A stretch of DNA of 38,413 bases from an uncultured Spirochaetales bacterium (GCA_946061495.1 CAMGSV010000001.1:1-38413), one strand, 5' to 3'. Positions 10,044 through 20,077 are shown, counted from the stretch's first letter. The notes: a model not told the origin generated them from the sequence alone. A program made the numbers and translations.

Positions 10044-11402
10044 TTGGCAGATTGCTTTGAGAATCTCATCGTGCAGAAGTTGTCCCTGTTGGTGGAGCTG
10101 AACGACCCCATCGATTCCAAACTGTACCAGAAATTCGACGTGAAGCGGGGCCTGCGTTATTCTGATGGCCGTGGCGTTCTGGCGGGCCTTACCCAGATTG
10201 GAGACGTTGTTGGTTACGAGGTGGTGGAGGGCCAGAAGGTGGCTGTTCCCGGAAAGCTCATCTACCGTGGCTACAATGTGGAGGATTTGGTGCGGGATAC
10301 GGCCTCCCAGGATGAGTTTGGATTCGAGCAGACGGTGTATCTGCTGCTTTTCGGCGACCTGCCCAACAAGACCCAGCTGGAGGAATTCCGCTCCTATCTG
10401 GGTGGCCGCCGTTCCCTGCCGGACAACTTCACCGAGGACATGATCATGAAGGCCCCCTCCCCAGACATCATGAACAAGCTTGCCCGCTGCGTGCTGGCCA
10501 GCTATTCCTACGATGAGAATCCTGACGATCCTGCCATTCCCAATGTGCTGAAGCAGTGCATTGACCTGGTGGCGAAATTCTCCACCTTCTCCGCCTACGC
10601 CTACCAGGCCAAGCGGCGGTATTACGACAAGAAGAGCATGTACATCCACAATCCGGTGTCGGAGCTTTCCACAGCGGAGAACTTCCTCCGCCTCATCCGT
10701 TCCGACAAGAGCTACACCAAGCTGGAGGCGGAGGTGTTGGATCTGGCGCTGATTCTCCATGCGGAGCACGGCGGTGGAAACAACTCCTCCTTCTCCATCC
10801 ACGTGGTGTCCTCCGCCGACACCGACACCTATTCCGCCATTGCCGCCGCCGTGGGTTCCCTCAAGGGGCGCCGTCACGGTGGCGCCAACATGATGGTGAT
10901 GCAGATGATGGACGACATCAAGGCCAACGTAAAGGACTGGTCCAACGAGGCTGAAATCAAGGAGTATCTGCGAAAAATTGTCCGCAAGGAGGCCTTTGAC
11001 CGCACGGGCCTCATCTACGGCCAGGGCCACGCTGTCTACACCATCTCCGATCCTCGTGCCATCCTGCTGCGGGACAAGGCGGCGGAGCTGGCCAAGGAAA
11101 AGGACATGATGGAGGAGTACGGCCTCTACTGCGCCATCGAGCGGCTGGCCCCGGAGGTCTTTGCGGAGGAGAAGGAGAGCGACAAGCAGATTTGCACCAA
11201 CGTGGACTTCTATTCCGGCTTTGTCTACACCATGCTGAACATTCCACGGGAATTGTACACCCCCATCTTCGCCATGTCCCGCATTGCCGGCTGGGCAGCC
11301 CACCGCATCGAGGAGGTGATTGCCGGGGGGCGCATCTACCGCCCCGCCTACAAGAATGTGCTTGATCCCCGCACCTTCGTTCCCATGGAAGGGAGGAAGT
11401 AG
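10044..11402 (+). CDS. gltA: Citrate/2-methylcitrate synthase
   Basis: GKLIYRGY, LHAEHGGGNNS, G..HGGAN, GQGHAVY..SDPR, NVDFYSG; TTG start with GGAGG RBS. Confidence 0.92.
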   Translation: MADCFENLIVQKLSLLVELNDPIDSKLYQKFDVKRGLRYSDGRGVLAGLTQIGDVVGYEVVEGQKVAVPGKLIYRGYNVEDLVRDTASQDEFGFEQTVYLLLFGDLPNKTQLEEFRSYLGGRRSLPDNFTEDMIMKAPSPDIMNKLARCVLASYSYDENPDDPAIPNVLKQCIDLVAKFSTFSAYAYQAKRRYYDKKSMYIHNPVSELSTAENFLRLIRSDKSYTKLEAEVLDLALILHAEHGGGNNSSFSIHVVSSADTDTYSAIAAAVGSLKGRRHGGANMMVMQMMDDIKANVKDWSNEAEIKEYLRKIVRKEAFDRTGLIYGQGHAVYTISDPRAILLRDKAAELAKEKDMMEEYGLYCAIERLAPEVFAEEKESDKQICTNVDFYSGFVYTMLNIPRELYTPIFAMSRIAGWAAHRIEEVIAGGRIYRPAYKNVLDPRTFVPMEGRK

Positions 11403-11404
11403 CG

Positions 11405-12160
11405 GTGGCGGGAGAACGGCTGGACAAGGTGCTGGCAAAGCATGGTTTTGGCTCCCGAAAGGATGCCCAGAAGCTGGTGCGGCGGGAAGGTATCCTTTTG
11501 AACGGCCAGCTGTGCCGCAGTCCCGACCAGCACATCGACCTGGACACTGACATGCTGGAGGTGGCCGGACAGGTGCTGCAGCTGCGCCGCCATCTCCACC
11601 TGATGATGAACAAGTGTGGCGGGGTGGTATGTTCCGCCAAGGACGGCCTCCACCGCACCGTCTTTGACCTGCTGGAGGAGGAGCTGCGCCACCAGTTCTT
11701 GGGTGGCAGCCTCCATCTGGTGGGCCGTCTGGACATTGACACGGAAGGACTGCTGGTCTTCACCACCGATGGTACCATGACCCATCGTCTCACCTCCCCA
11801 AAGAATCATGTTACAAAGAAATATCTGGTGGGCTTGCGGGATAGGGTGGAGCGAGGCTTGCAACCGCAGCTGGTGGAGGGGTTTCGTCAGGGCATCACCA
11901 TTGCACCTGAGGGTGATGATGGTGAGCATCTATGCCAGCCTGCTGGATTGGAGTGGATTTCTGACAGGGCGTGCCACCTCACCATTACGGAGGGGCGCTA
12001 CCACCAGGTGAAGCGGATGATGGCGGCTGTGGGCAATGAGGTGGTGAGCCTCAAGCGGATAGCCATGGGTGGTCTGAATCTGGATGCCAGTCTGGGCAGC
12101 GGCCAGTACCGGGAGCTGACGGCGGAGGAGCTTGCCCTGCTGACCAACCAGGCCCATTGA
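11405..12160 (+). CDS. RsuA-family rRNA pseudouridine synthase
   Basis: N-terminal S4 (RLDKVLA), GRLDIDTEGLL, TEGRYHQVKRM. Confidence 0.92.
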   Translation: MAGERLDKVLAKHGFGSRKDAQKLVRREGILLNGQLCRSPDQHIDLDTDMLEVAGQVLQLRRHLHLMMNKCGGVVCSAKDGLHRTVFDLLEEELRHQFLGGSLHLVGRLDIDTEGLLVFTTDGTMTHRLTSPKNHVTKKYLVGLRDRVERGLQPQLVEGFRQGITIAPEGDDGEHLCQPAGLEWISDRACHLTITEGRYHQVKRMMAAVGNEVVSLKRIAMGGLNLDASLGSGQYRELTAEELALLTNQAH

Positions 12161-12253
12161 CGGAGCTGATTTCCAGATGAAATGCAAGGGCTTGGAATTG
12201 CTTCCAAGCCCTCTTTTGTTCCTGCCGATGGTTTTTATTTTATTGTCGTATCC

Positions 12254-14845
12254 TTAGAGGGGATACTGCTTGTTCCGCAGCCGCTCCTCGAATTCCTCCT
12301 GGGACAGGGGCTTGTCAAAGTAGTAGCCCTGAATCAGGTCGCAGTCAAGCTCCTTCAGCACCTCTAATGTTTCTCGTGTCTCCACGCCCTCCGCCACAAT
12401 GTGCATGTCCAGCTCCTTTGCCATCCACACAATGTTTGTCACCACAATCTTTGACTGCCGGTTCTGGAGGATGGTGTCTATCAGGGACTTGTCCAGCTTC
12501 AGCACGTCGAATTGCAGGTTCTCCAGGAGGCTCAGGGAGGAGTAGCCGCTGCCAAAGTCGTCGATGGAGGCGGAGAAGCCCTTCTCGTTCAGCACGCGGA
12601 TGGCCTTGCTGAGCATCTTTTCGTCCTCGTTGTAGGCGGTCTCGGTGAACTCAATCTCGATGAGTTCATGGGGCAGCTGCCAGTTGTCCACGATGTTGCA
12701 GATGCGCTTGCCAATGTCTGGCATGGTGAAGTTCTGCTTGGAGAAGTTCACCGACACCTTCACTGGGTCCAGTCCCTGCTGTATCCAGGTGTCCATGGTG
12801 TTGCAGACCTGGTTCAGGATGTAGAAGTCCAGCTGCTGGATGAGGCCGGCAGACTCGCACATGGGAATGAACAGGGATGGAGGGATGAACTGCCCGTCCT
12901 TCTTCCAGCGAACCAGGGCTTCGGCACCCTTGAGCTTGTGGTCATGGACGCCCACCTTGGGCTGGTACACAATGATGAACTCCTTGTTTGCCAGAGCCTG
13001 GGGAATCTGCTGGATGTACATCATCTGGGTCAGGGTATGGTTCATGTTGGACTTGTTGTAGATGATGGTCTCATTGCTGCTGGAGTCGTTCTTCAAGGCA
13101 CCGGCAGAAAACAGGTGGCGGGCAATCTGGGAGAAGCTTTCCTCCGTGCCGTCGGGGTCGTAGGCGCCGCTTCTGACGGTGAGCTTCAGGGGAAAGTTGG
13201 TGTCCTCCGTGAGGCTGGTGAGCATCAGGTTGTTGATGAGGAAGATGTAGTATTTCAGATGGGGCTTGTTGAGGATGGCCACGAATTTGTCCGCCTCCAC
13301 ATGGAATAGCTGCTCTCCCGGCTCCAGATACCGCTGTGCTGCCTTGCTGAAATCCACCAGGATGGTGTTTGCCCCCTCATAGCCAAATCGATTGTTGAAC
13401 AGTCCGAACTGCTTGATGTCCAGCTGCACGTACACGTAGTTGGCAAAGGTGCCGTCCATAAAAAGCCGTTCAGCTGCCTTGAAGAGCATGGCCTTGTTGG
13501 GCAGTCCGGTGATGATGTCGGTGGTGGCCATCTTCATCATCATCTCTTGTCGATACTGGGTGCAGCTGTGGACGTTGTTGTATCCCTTGGCAATGGCCTC
13601 TGCCATGAGGCGGCAGCTCTTGTAGCCACAGTCCTGACAGTCGATGGTTCGGCTTGTGTCCGTGGTCTTGTACAGCTTCTGGAAGGCTTCCTCCACATCC
13701 TCTTCCCCCATCATTTTCTCAGGAATATGGAACGAATTGAAACTTCGTTGGAAATCATGAAGGTTCAGGGATGCGAATCGCCGTTGCAGCAGCTGGAGCC
13801 GTTGCCGTTCTGGAAGCCTGGGATTGTAGGGATTGTCCTTTTGTGAGAGGCAGGGAGCCGTTCGTGTTTGCAGGTTGAATTCATGGAGCACATTCTTGAT
13901 GTGGCAGTTTGCCTTGTCGGTGCCCGTTCCTGCAAGGCAGCCATGGGTGCAATCCAAGAAATCCATGAAGACATGCTCCCGGTTTTCTTTCAGCAGTCCC
14001 GCCATGGAACCCTCCTGTTCACCCAGATTGCCAAGTGCGGTCAACTGGATTCTCATGTCCCTGGTTCCCAGAAAATGGTCCATGTTTTCCTTCAGTCCAC
14101 CGGGAAAGTAGAGCCTGCCCTTTGGACCAATCCCCAGGAGGTTGAGCTTTGCAGAATAGTTGGAAATGTCCTGGTCTCCGATTCTTTCCAGCAGGTGCTT
14201 TATGGTGATGTGGTGGCTGATGTAGCCCAGGGTCTCTGGGGAACTGATTTGGTCGTAGTCGGCGATGCAGGGACTGAGATAGGCCAACCGCTCCTGGACG
14301 TTGCGGTATTTCTTCAGGTAGATTGCCAGGCTAACGGAGGGAGTGTGGATGGGGACCAGATTGGGAATCAGTTCCGGGTGAAGCTTTTCCACGTAGTTTA
14401 CCATGGAACTGCAGGTGGAGGAGATGGTGGCAGGTGCGTGCTCCTGCTGCAGATACTGGCTGTGAGCCCAGGTAACGATGTCGGAGCCAGCGGAGGCGTC
14501 GTAGAATTTCCTCACTCCCAGGGACTTGAGCCAGCCAAGAATCTGGTGGGCCTTTTCCGGGTACTGGAGCCACAGGATGGGGGATACAATGAGGGAGAGG
14601 TGGACTCCTGATTCCAGAGCCTTGAAGAAATCCTTGGTGTCGTCGGTATATTCCCGGGCTGTTTGAGGGCAGCCATCAAGACAGTGGCCACAGTGGATGC
14701 AGCGGGTGTTGTCCACAATCACATACCGCTTGCCGTTCTGGTGGACGGAAATGTTTGCTCCGGAAACTGGACAGGTGGAAATGCACCTGTTGCATCCAAT
14801 ACATTTGTCATTTGTGAAGATAACCTGTTTTTCCAGCTGTTGCAT
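12254..14845 (-). CDS. Fe-S / [FeFe]-hydrogenase-like sensor domain fused to degenerate GGDEF and EAL phosphodiesterase
   Basis: CIGCNRCISTCP and CIHCGHCLDGCP; SSTCSS, SPCIAD, LDCTHGCLAG; CQDCGYKSC...C; VEADKF at the GGDEF position; EALVRW, DDFGSGYSS, EGVE. Confidence 0.85.
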   Translation of the reverse strand: MQQLEKQVIFTNDKCIGCNRCISTCPVSGANISVHQNGKRYVIVDNTRCIHCGHCLDGCPQTAREYTDDTKDFFKALESGVHLSLIVSPILWLQYPEKAHQILGWLKSLGVRKFYDASAGSDIVTWAHSQYLQQEHAPATISSTCSSMVNYVEKLHPELIPNLVPIHTPSVSLAIYLKKYRNVQERLAYLSPCIADYDQISSPETLGYISHHITIKHLLERIGDQDISNYSAKLNLLGIGPKGRLYFPGGLKENMDHFLGTRDMRIQLTALGNLGEQEGSMAGLLKENREHVFMDFLDCTHGCLAGTGTDKANCHIKNVLHEFNLQTRTAPCLSQKDNPYNPRLPERQRLQLLQRRFASLNLHDFQRSFNSFHIPEKMMGEEDVEEAFQKLYKTTDTSRTIDCQDCGYKSCRLMAEAIAKGYNNVHSCTQYRQEMMMKMATTDIITGLPNKAMLFKAAERLFMDGTFANYVYVQLDIKQFGLFNNRFGYEGANTILVDFSKAAQRYLEPGEQLFHVEADKFVAILNKPHLKYYIFLINNLMLTSLTEDTNFPLKLTVRSGAYDPDGTEESFSQIARHLFSAGALKNDSSSNETIIYNKSNMNHTLTQMMYIQQIPQALANKEFIIVYQPKVGVHDHKLKGAEALVRWKKDGQFIPPSLFIPMCESAGLIQQLDFYILNQVCNTMDTWIQQGLDPVKVSVNFSKQNFTMPDIGKRICNIVDNWQLPHELIEIEFTETAYNEDEKMLSKAIRVLNEKGFSASIDDFGSGYSSLSLLENLQFDVLKLDKSLIDTILQNRQSKIVVTNIVWMAKELDMHIVAEGVETRETLEVLKELDCDLIQGYYFDKPLSQEEFEERLRNKQYPL

Positions 14846-14990
14846 TTTGCTGCCCCCGGAGGATTTTTCACTAACTCTAAGTGAAAGGAATGCTTTTGTC
14901 AACAATAGAGAAAAATTAAACATACTAAAACTATGGGAAAAATGTGTAAATCCCCTTCACTTTTATCTCTAAAACCATTATATTTAAATC

Positions 14991-16187
14991 ATGGATTGGG
15001 AAAGACTTTCTATGCCGGAGCCTGGTTCCCTGGTGGCGGTGGGTATGTCCGGCGGTGTTGACTCTACATTGACGGCCCTGCTGCTGAAGGAACGGGGGTG
15101 CCGTGTTGTCGGTGTCACCATGTCCAGCTGGATGGGGGATTTTTCTCTGCCCCCCTCCCCTGAGGGTGTGCGCTCCTCCTGCTACGGCCCGGACGAGGCT
15201 ATCGACATAGCCCAGTGCCAGGAATTGTGTCGTCAGCAGGGGCTGGAGCATCACGTCATCGATGTGCGGGATGCCTACCATCGTCACGTGCTGGACTACT
15301 TCACGGGTGAGTATCGGTGTGGCCGCACCCCCAATCCCTGCGTCAACTGCAACCGCACCATAAAGTTTGGGGCGCTGCTGGATGGAATCCGGGCAAAGGG
15401 GATTGACTTTGACTATTTCTGCACCGGCCACTATGCTGCCCTGGTTCGCCCACGGGATGATGTGCGGCTGGTTTATGAGCAGCTGGCGGTTTCTGGAGGG
15501 TCTGGACAGTGCGCTGTTGAGTCGGCTGTCAGGCCCGTGATGATATCCGCCGCCACGGACAGACGGAAGGACCAGACCTACTTCCTGTGCCGGGTTCCTT
15601 CTGCCACCCTGGAGCAGGTGCGCTTCCCCCTTTCTGCCTACACCAAGCAGGAGGTCTTCCAGATGGCCCGGGAGCGGGGGCTTGCCGCCGCAAATCGTGG
15701 TGAGAGCCAGGACTTCATCCCGGACTCCTATCTGGACATTATCTTTTCCGACCAGCCCTCCCGGCCGGGAGACATTGTGGATTTGGCGGGAAAAAAGCTG
15801 GGGGTTCACCGGGGCATCCAGTACTATACCATCGGCCAGCGGCGGGGACTGGGGGTCAGCTCCAATCGGCCCCTCTACGTCCACTCCATCGATGCAGCCA
15901 GCAACCGGGTGGTGCTTTGCGACGACGAGGATTTGCTGTGCAGCGGACTGGTGGCCACGGACTGGGTGTGGGCTGGGGACTATGCTCCCGAAGTGGCTTT
16001 CAAGGCCCAGGTGAAGATTCGCCTTGCCTCGCCAGCTGTGATGAGCACCATCCAGCCCCTGGAGGATGGCAGCTACAGGATTATGTTTGATGAGCCTCAG
16101 CGTGCAGTCGCCCCAGGGCAGGCCGCTGTAGTATATTATAATGGAATTATTTTTGGAGGCGGGATTATTTCCCGAGAAATCAGATGA
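14991..16187 (+). CDS. mnmA: tRNA 2-thiouridine(34) synthase
   Basis: GMSGGVDS PP-loop, TPNPCVNCN, TGHYA, KDQTYFL, YTIGQRRGLG, AVAPGQ. Confidence 0.95.
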   Translation: MDWERLSMPEPGSLVAVGMSGGVDSTLTALLLKERGCRVVGVTMSSWMGDFSLPPSPEGVRSSCYGPDEAIDIAQCQELCRQQGLEHHVIDVRDAYHRHVLDYFTGEYRCGRTPNPCVNCNRTIKFGALLDGIRAKGIDFDYFCTGHYAALVRPRDDVRLVYEQLAVSGGSGQCAVESAVRPVMISAATDRRKDQTYFLCRVPSATLEQVRFPLSAYTKQEVFQMARERGLAAANRGESQDFIPDSYLDIIFSDQPSRPGDIVDLAGKKLGVHRGIQYYTIGQRRGLGVSSNRPLYVHSIDAASNRVVLCDDEDLLCSGLVATDWVWAGDYAPEVAFKAQVKIRLASPAVMSTIQPLEDGSYRIMFDEPQRAVAPGQAAVVYYNGIIFGGGIISREIR

Positions 16188-17350
16188 ATCGTATTTATTT
16201 CGATTACAACGCTACCACACCCCTCTCAAAGGAGGTGCTGGATTTTTATACCAAGGAACTGGCCGAATACGCCAATGGCTCCAGCCTGCACCAGGAGGGC
16301 CGTGAGGTGGCCGCATCCATTGAGAAGGCTCGGCAGCAGATTGCCAGCTTGGTGCATTGTGAGCCTGGGGAGTTGGTGTTCACCTCCGGCGGCTCAGAGT
16401 CAAACAATACCGTGTTCAATACCATGGTGGCTCTTTCCAAGAAGCGGAACAACAAGGTGGTGGTCACCACTGCCATCGAGCATCCCTGTGTACTGGAGGC
16501 CAGCCGCCGGCTGGAGGACCAGTTCGGCTTTGAGGTCATCTTCCTGCCGGTGGACGAGGCGGGCATTGTGGACATGGAAAGCTACAGGAGGGCCCTGGAG
16601 AAGAAGCCCCTGCTGGTGTCCATCATGACAGCAAACAATGAGATCGGTACTGTCCAGGATATCAAGACCCTCTGTGCCATGGCCCATGAGGTGGGAGCCC
16701 TCTTCCACACCGATGCGGTGCAGGCGGCGGGCAAGATTCCCGTTGACTTCAAGGACTGGAACGTGGACTATGCCACTCTTTCCGCCCACAAAATCTATGG
16801 CCCCAAGGGGGTGGGCGTCCTCTACGTGAAGGCAAAGACTCCCATTGAGCCGCTGATTCGTGGTGGTCATCAGGAGCATGGCCTGCGGGCGGGCACCTAC
16901 AATGGCCCTGCCATCGCCGCCTTCGGTTATGCCGCCGAGCTGGCGGGCAAGGAGCTGGAAGACTATGCCGCCCACACTGGAAGGCTGCGTCAGAAGCTGA
17001 AGGATGGACTTTTGAAGGCGGTTCCCAGTATCCGCATCAATGGCCACGACACCCAGGTGCTGCCCAACACCCTCAACGTCTCCTTCCCTGGAGCCGAGGG
17101 CGAGGCAATCCTCCTGTATCTGGATTTGCTGGGAGTTGCCGCCTCCACTGGCTCCGCCTGTGCTTCCGCCAGCTTGGATCCCTCCCACGTGCTGATGGCC
17201 ACTGGCCTTGGCCCTGAGCTGGCCCACGGCTCCATTCGGTTCAGTTTTGGCAAATATAATACAGAAGAAGAAGTGGACTACGTTCTGGAGCATTTCCCGC
17301 CGGTAATCCAGCGGCTCAGGATGATGTCCACCGTATCATACAACGACTAA
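16184..17350 (+). CDS. nifS: Cysteine desulfurase (NifS/IscS type)
   Basis: YFDYNATT, FTSGGSESNN, HTDAVQA, SAHKIYGPKG, STGSAC. Confidence 0.93.
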   Translation: MNRIYFDYNATTPLSKEVLDFYTKELAEYANGSSLHQEGREVAASIEKARQQIASLVHCEPGELVFTSGGSESNNTVFNTMVALSKKRNNKVVVTTAIEHPCVLEASRRLEDQFGFEVIFLPVDEAGIVDMESYRRALEKKPLLVSIMTANNEIGTVQDIKTLCAMAHEVGALFHTDAVQAAGKIPVDFKDWNVDYATLSAHKIYGPKGVGVLYVKAKTPIEPLIRGGHQEHGLRAGTYNGPAIAAFGYAAELAGKELEDYAAHTGRLRQKLKDGLLKAVPSIRINGHDTQVLPNTLNVSFPGAEGEAILLYLDLLGVAASTGSACASASLDPSHVLMATGLGPELAHGSIRFSFGKYNTEEEVDYVLEHFPPVIQRLRMMSTVSYND

Positions 17351-17372
17351 GAGAGAAGGAAGGAATAGAAAG

Positions 17373-17972
17373 ATGCAAGATTGGTTGTATTCAGATATTG
17401 TAAAAGAGCACTTCATGAATCCCAAGAATGTGCTGATGGAGGATGAGTCCCAGTGGCCCTGCGACGGCCGGGGAATTGTCGGAAACATCAAGTGCGGCGA
17501 TCAGATGCTGATTCTGCTGCGTATCAAGGATGATGTCATTGAGGATGTCCGCTGGAAGACCTACGGGTGCGCCAGCGCCATCGCCTCCACCTCAATCCTT
17601 TCTGAGGCCTGCAAGGGCATGAAGATTGAGGAGGCCTACAAGCTGAAGCCCGCCGACATTGTGGCCCGGTTGGGTGGACTGCCCGCCAACAAGATTCACT
17701 GCTCCGTACTGGGAGACAAGGCCCTCCGTGCCGCCATCGACGACTACCTCACCAAGCAGGGCCGTCCTGTGTTTGCCGGGCAGGAGGAGGTGGAGGTAAT
17801 CTGCACCTGCCTCAATGTCACCGACCGAGACTTGGAGGAGGCCTACAAGGCTGGGGACCGCACCTGGGAGCAGCTGCAGTCCCGCACCAAGATTGGTACT
17901 GGCTGCGGTATGTGCAAGGAAAAGGCCATGGAGAAGATGCACGAGTTCGAGCATCTGTATGGAGAAGACTAA
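17373..17972 (+). CDS. nifU: Fe-S scaffold NifU/IscU with C-terminal BFD-like [2Fe-2S] domain
   Basis: CGD, GCASAIAS, KIHCS; then ICTC...GTGCGMC. Confidence 0.9.
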   Translation: MQDWLYSDIVKEHFMNPKNVLMEDESQWPCDGRGIVGNIKCGDQMLILLRIKDDVIEDVRWKTYGCASAIASTSILSEACKGMKIEEAYKLKPADIVARLGGLPANKIHCSVLGDKALRAAIDDYLTKQGRPVFAGQEEVEVICTCLNVTDRDLEEAYKAGDRTWEQLQSRTKIGTGCGMCKEKAMEKMHEFEHLYGED

Positions 17973-17982
17973 ATGAAGACAA

Positions 17983-18006
17983 CCGCTCCCTTTGCCAGGG
18001 GAGCGG
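17983..18006. terminator. Hairpin between convergent genes
   Basis: ccgctccc-tttgccag-gggagcgg 8-bp stem; no clear U tract. Confidence 0.5.
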
Positions 18007-18077
18007 CGTCTCTCAGCAAAGGTCTGCCAGTGATGGACCGCTCAGCAATGAGCTGTTCATCAGGCAGACTATTTTTT

Positions 18078-18944
18078 TTACCACACTTCCAAGGTGTAGT
18101 TGGCGGTGTATTCTTTGCCGTTGATGTCCGCCACGGTCACTGACAAGGTGTTCCGTCCCTTGGTGAGTGTTATTTCTGCCAGGAACTGTTTGTCTGGGGT
18201 GGGGTAGGTTTCCGTGGCGTTGTAGGGTCTCCGTCCTGCCACTGCCAGTCGGCGACCGGAGCGGACAAGACTGTCAAAGGTGATGGTTTCCACCGCTGCA
18301 CCGTTTACTGCCACACTGGTGACATGGGGAAAGAATTCCTGTTCCCGGCCACGGTACAGCTTGTAGGTTCCAGCGGGGAGACTCTTCCGGGTCCGTAGCT
18401 CCAGCGTCTCTCCGTTGCGTCCAATGGCGGTGATTCCGTACAGGGAGATGGGGAGCTCCTGCGGGAGCCGTGGCATCAGCAGCCGGGGGTTGATGGCTGA
18501 GTCCTGCTCCGTGTCGATGATTTGCAGCTCCAGGCTACTTTGGCCAGACTGCCATCCTGAGCCGCCACTGGTTCCCAGCTTTGTTCCCCCGGCAACTTGA
18601 GGAGTGGACTCGTTTACCTCCACCTGGGTCAGGTTCCCGTAGACACTGAGCAGTCCATCCTCATGGGCAATGATGACGGCGTTTCCCAGGGGAGAGTGGA
18701 ACCAGCCCATCTCGCTGTCACTTCCACCCAATACTGCAATGACTGTTCCCGACTCGATGGCAGCGATTTCTGCTGGCTCTGTAAAGACTAGCGAGCTGCT
18801 AAAATTGTGACCACGGAGCTGTCCAAATACGGCGGCAAAGGATTTCTCTGTCACCCCTCCCTGGGGCCACTCAAAGGCCGTTACGGGCAGTAGATGCACC
18901 GCTAATATCAGAAATGTTAGAAAAAGTGACCTGTTTCGTTTCAT
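18078..18944 (-). CDS. Exported M23-peptidase-fold protein, probably non-catalytic
   Basis: Signal peptide, FEWP, FGQLRG, LGNAVIIAHEDGLLSVYGNL, LGTSGGSG, INP; zinc-ligand histidines appear to be missing. Confidence 0.7.
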   Translation of the reverse strand: MKRNRSLFLTFLILAVHLLPVTAFEWPQGGVTEKSFAAVFGQLRGHNFSSSLVFTEPAEIAAIESGTVIAVLGGSDSEMGWFHSPLGNAVIIAHEDGLLSVYGNLTQVEVNESTPQVAGGTKLGTSGGSGWQSGQSSLELQIIDTEQDSAINPRLLMPRLPQELPISLYGITAIGRNGETLELRTRKSLPAGTYKLYRGREQEFFPHVTSVAVNGAAVETITFDSLVRSGRRLAVAGRRPYNATETYPTPDKQFLAEITLTKGRNTLSVTVADINGKEYTANYTLEVW

Positions 18945-18953
18945 GCTCGCTCC

Positions 18954-20030
18954 TTATTTTATGTCTAGATTGATTTTGGAGATGGAAGAGTCCCTTCCCA
19001 CAAAGAGGTTGCCGTCTTCGATAGTTATGAAGGCGGCGTCAGCCTGGAAGCCAAAGGAACCGATGAAGATTCCTTCGGTCTCCAGCAGGTAGATGTTGTA
19101 GCGGTTCCCATCCTTGGTGAGGACTGCAATCAGCTTGTTGTCGGTGCATTCTTGGATGGAAAGGATTTTTCCCTTCAATGGAATGGTGATGTTGGCAAAG
19201 GTGGTGCAGTCCACAATGCCGATTCCGGTGGCACTGGAATAAAAGACCTTGCGCTCATCCTGACTGAATTGCACCAGTACCGGCTCCCGTAGGTTCCCTT
19301 CCAGATAGGTGTGGAAAACCACCTTATTCACCCCGTTTCGCTGCTGGGTCAGTACAAAGCGCTGCTGGTTGATGCCGGATACACAGGCAAGCTGGCTGGC
19401 GGAGGGAGAAAGTGCGGTGCCCAGGATGATGGGGTAGGTGCTTCCCCCCGGGTCGAAGGTCTGGAGGAGCTCCCCGGAGGTTGAGAAGATGAATACCATG
19501 CCGTCGGCGTATCCCACAGCTGTTCCCGACGGGGTGGAGGAGATGGTGGTGATGGGGGCGGAATGCTCGAACTGCCACAGTCGTCCCTCCCTGCTGTATT
19601 GGGAGATGCCGTATCCGCCTGGAGTCAGCAGGTAGATTCTATCATCGCAGATGTAGGGAAAGCCCGCTCCTTCGATGTAGAAGTCGGGGCTGTCTACCCG
19701 TTCGGAATTCAGCTGGTAGACAGGAATCCTGGTGGAGTCGGGGGCATAGGCGGCTCGATAGGTGGGAGATATGGCTGCCTGGAAGGGAAAGCTTTCCATC
19801 AGGGGAATCGTGCCGTCGGCGGTGAAGTAGCCCATGTTTTGTCCCATACGGAAGGGCAACTGTATTTGGCTTGTGTCAGGCTTTTCCTGGGAAACCTGAA
19901 ATATGGATATTGTCCATTGAGGTGTCAGTTGGAGCTCGTTGCTCAGGGATCTAGCGGCAAAGAAGATGTAAAGTAGTAGGAACGCTACACTTACAATGAT
20001 GATGATATGAAGATTTTTCTTGATTTGCAT
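18954..20030 (-). CDS. Membrane-anchored beta-propeller-like hypothetical protein
   Basis: N-terminal TM helix followed by repeated beta-blade-like segments (AVGYADG.V.IF). Confidence 0.65.
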   Translation of the reverse strand: MQIKKNLHIIIIVSVAFLLLYIFFAARSLSNELQLTPQWTISIFQVSQEKPDTSQIQLPFRMGQNMGYFTADGTIPLMESFPFQAAISPTYRAAYAPDSTRIPVYQLNSERVDSPDFYIEGAGFPYICDDRIYLLTPGGYGISQYSREGRLWQFEHSAPITTISSTPSGTAVGYADGMVFIFSTSGELLQTFDPGGSTYPIILGTALSPSASQLACVSGINQQRFVLTQQRNGVNKVVFHTYLEGNLREPVLVQFSQDERKVFYSSATGIGIVDCTTFANITIPLKGKILSIQECTDNKLIAVLTKDGNRYNIYLLETEGIFIGSFGFQADAAFITIEDGNLFVGRDSSISKINLDIK

Positions 20031-20077
20031 TTTTTCATGGTATAATAATAGTAGAAAATTGTAAAGAGAGGTTTAAG

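Noticed and set aside
1949-11438. Long antisense ORFs (1949-3415, 3337-5076, 6178-7725, 9996-11438)
   Set aside because: Mirror frames of well-supported genes in GC-rich DNA; no motifs or RBS.
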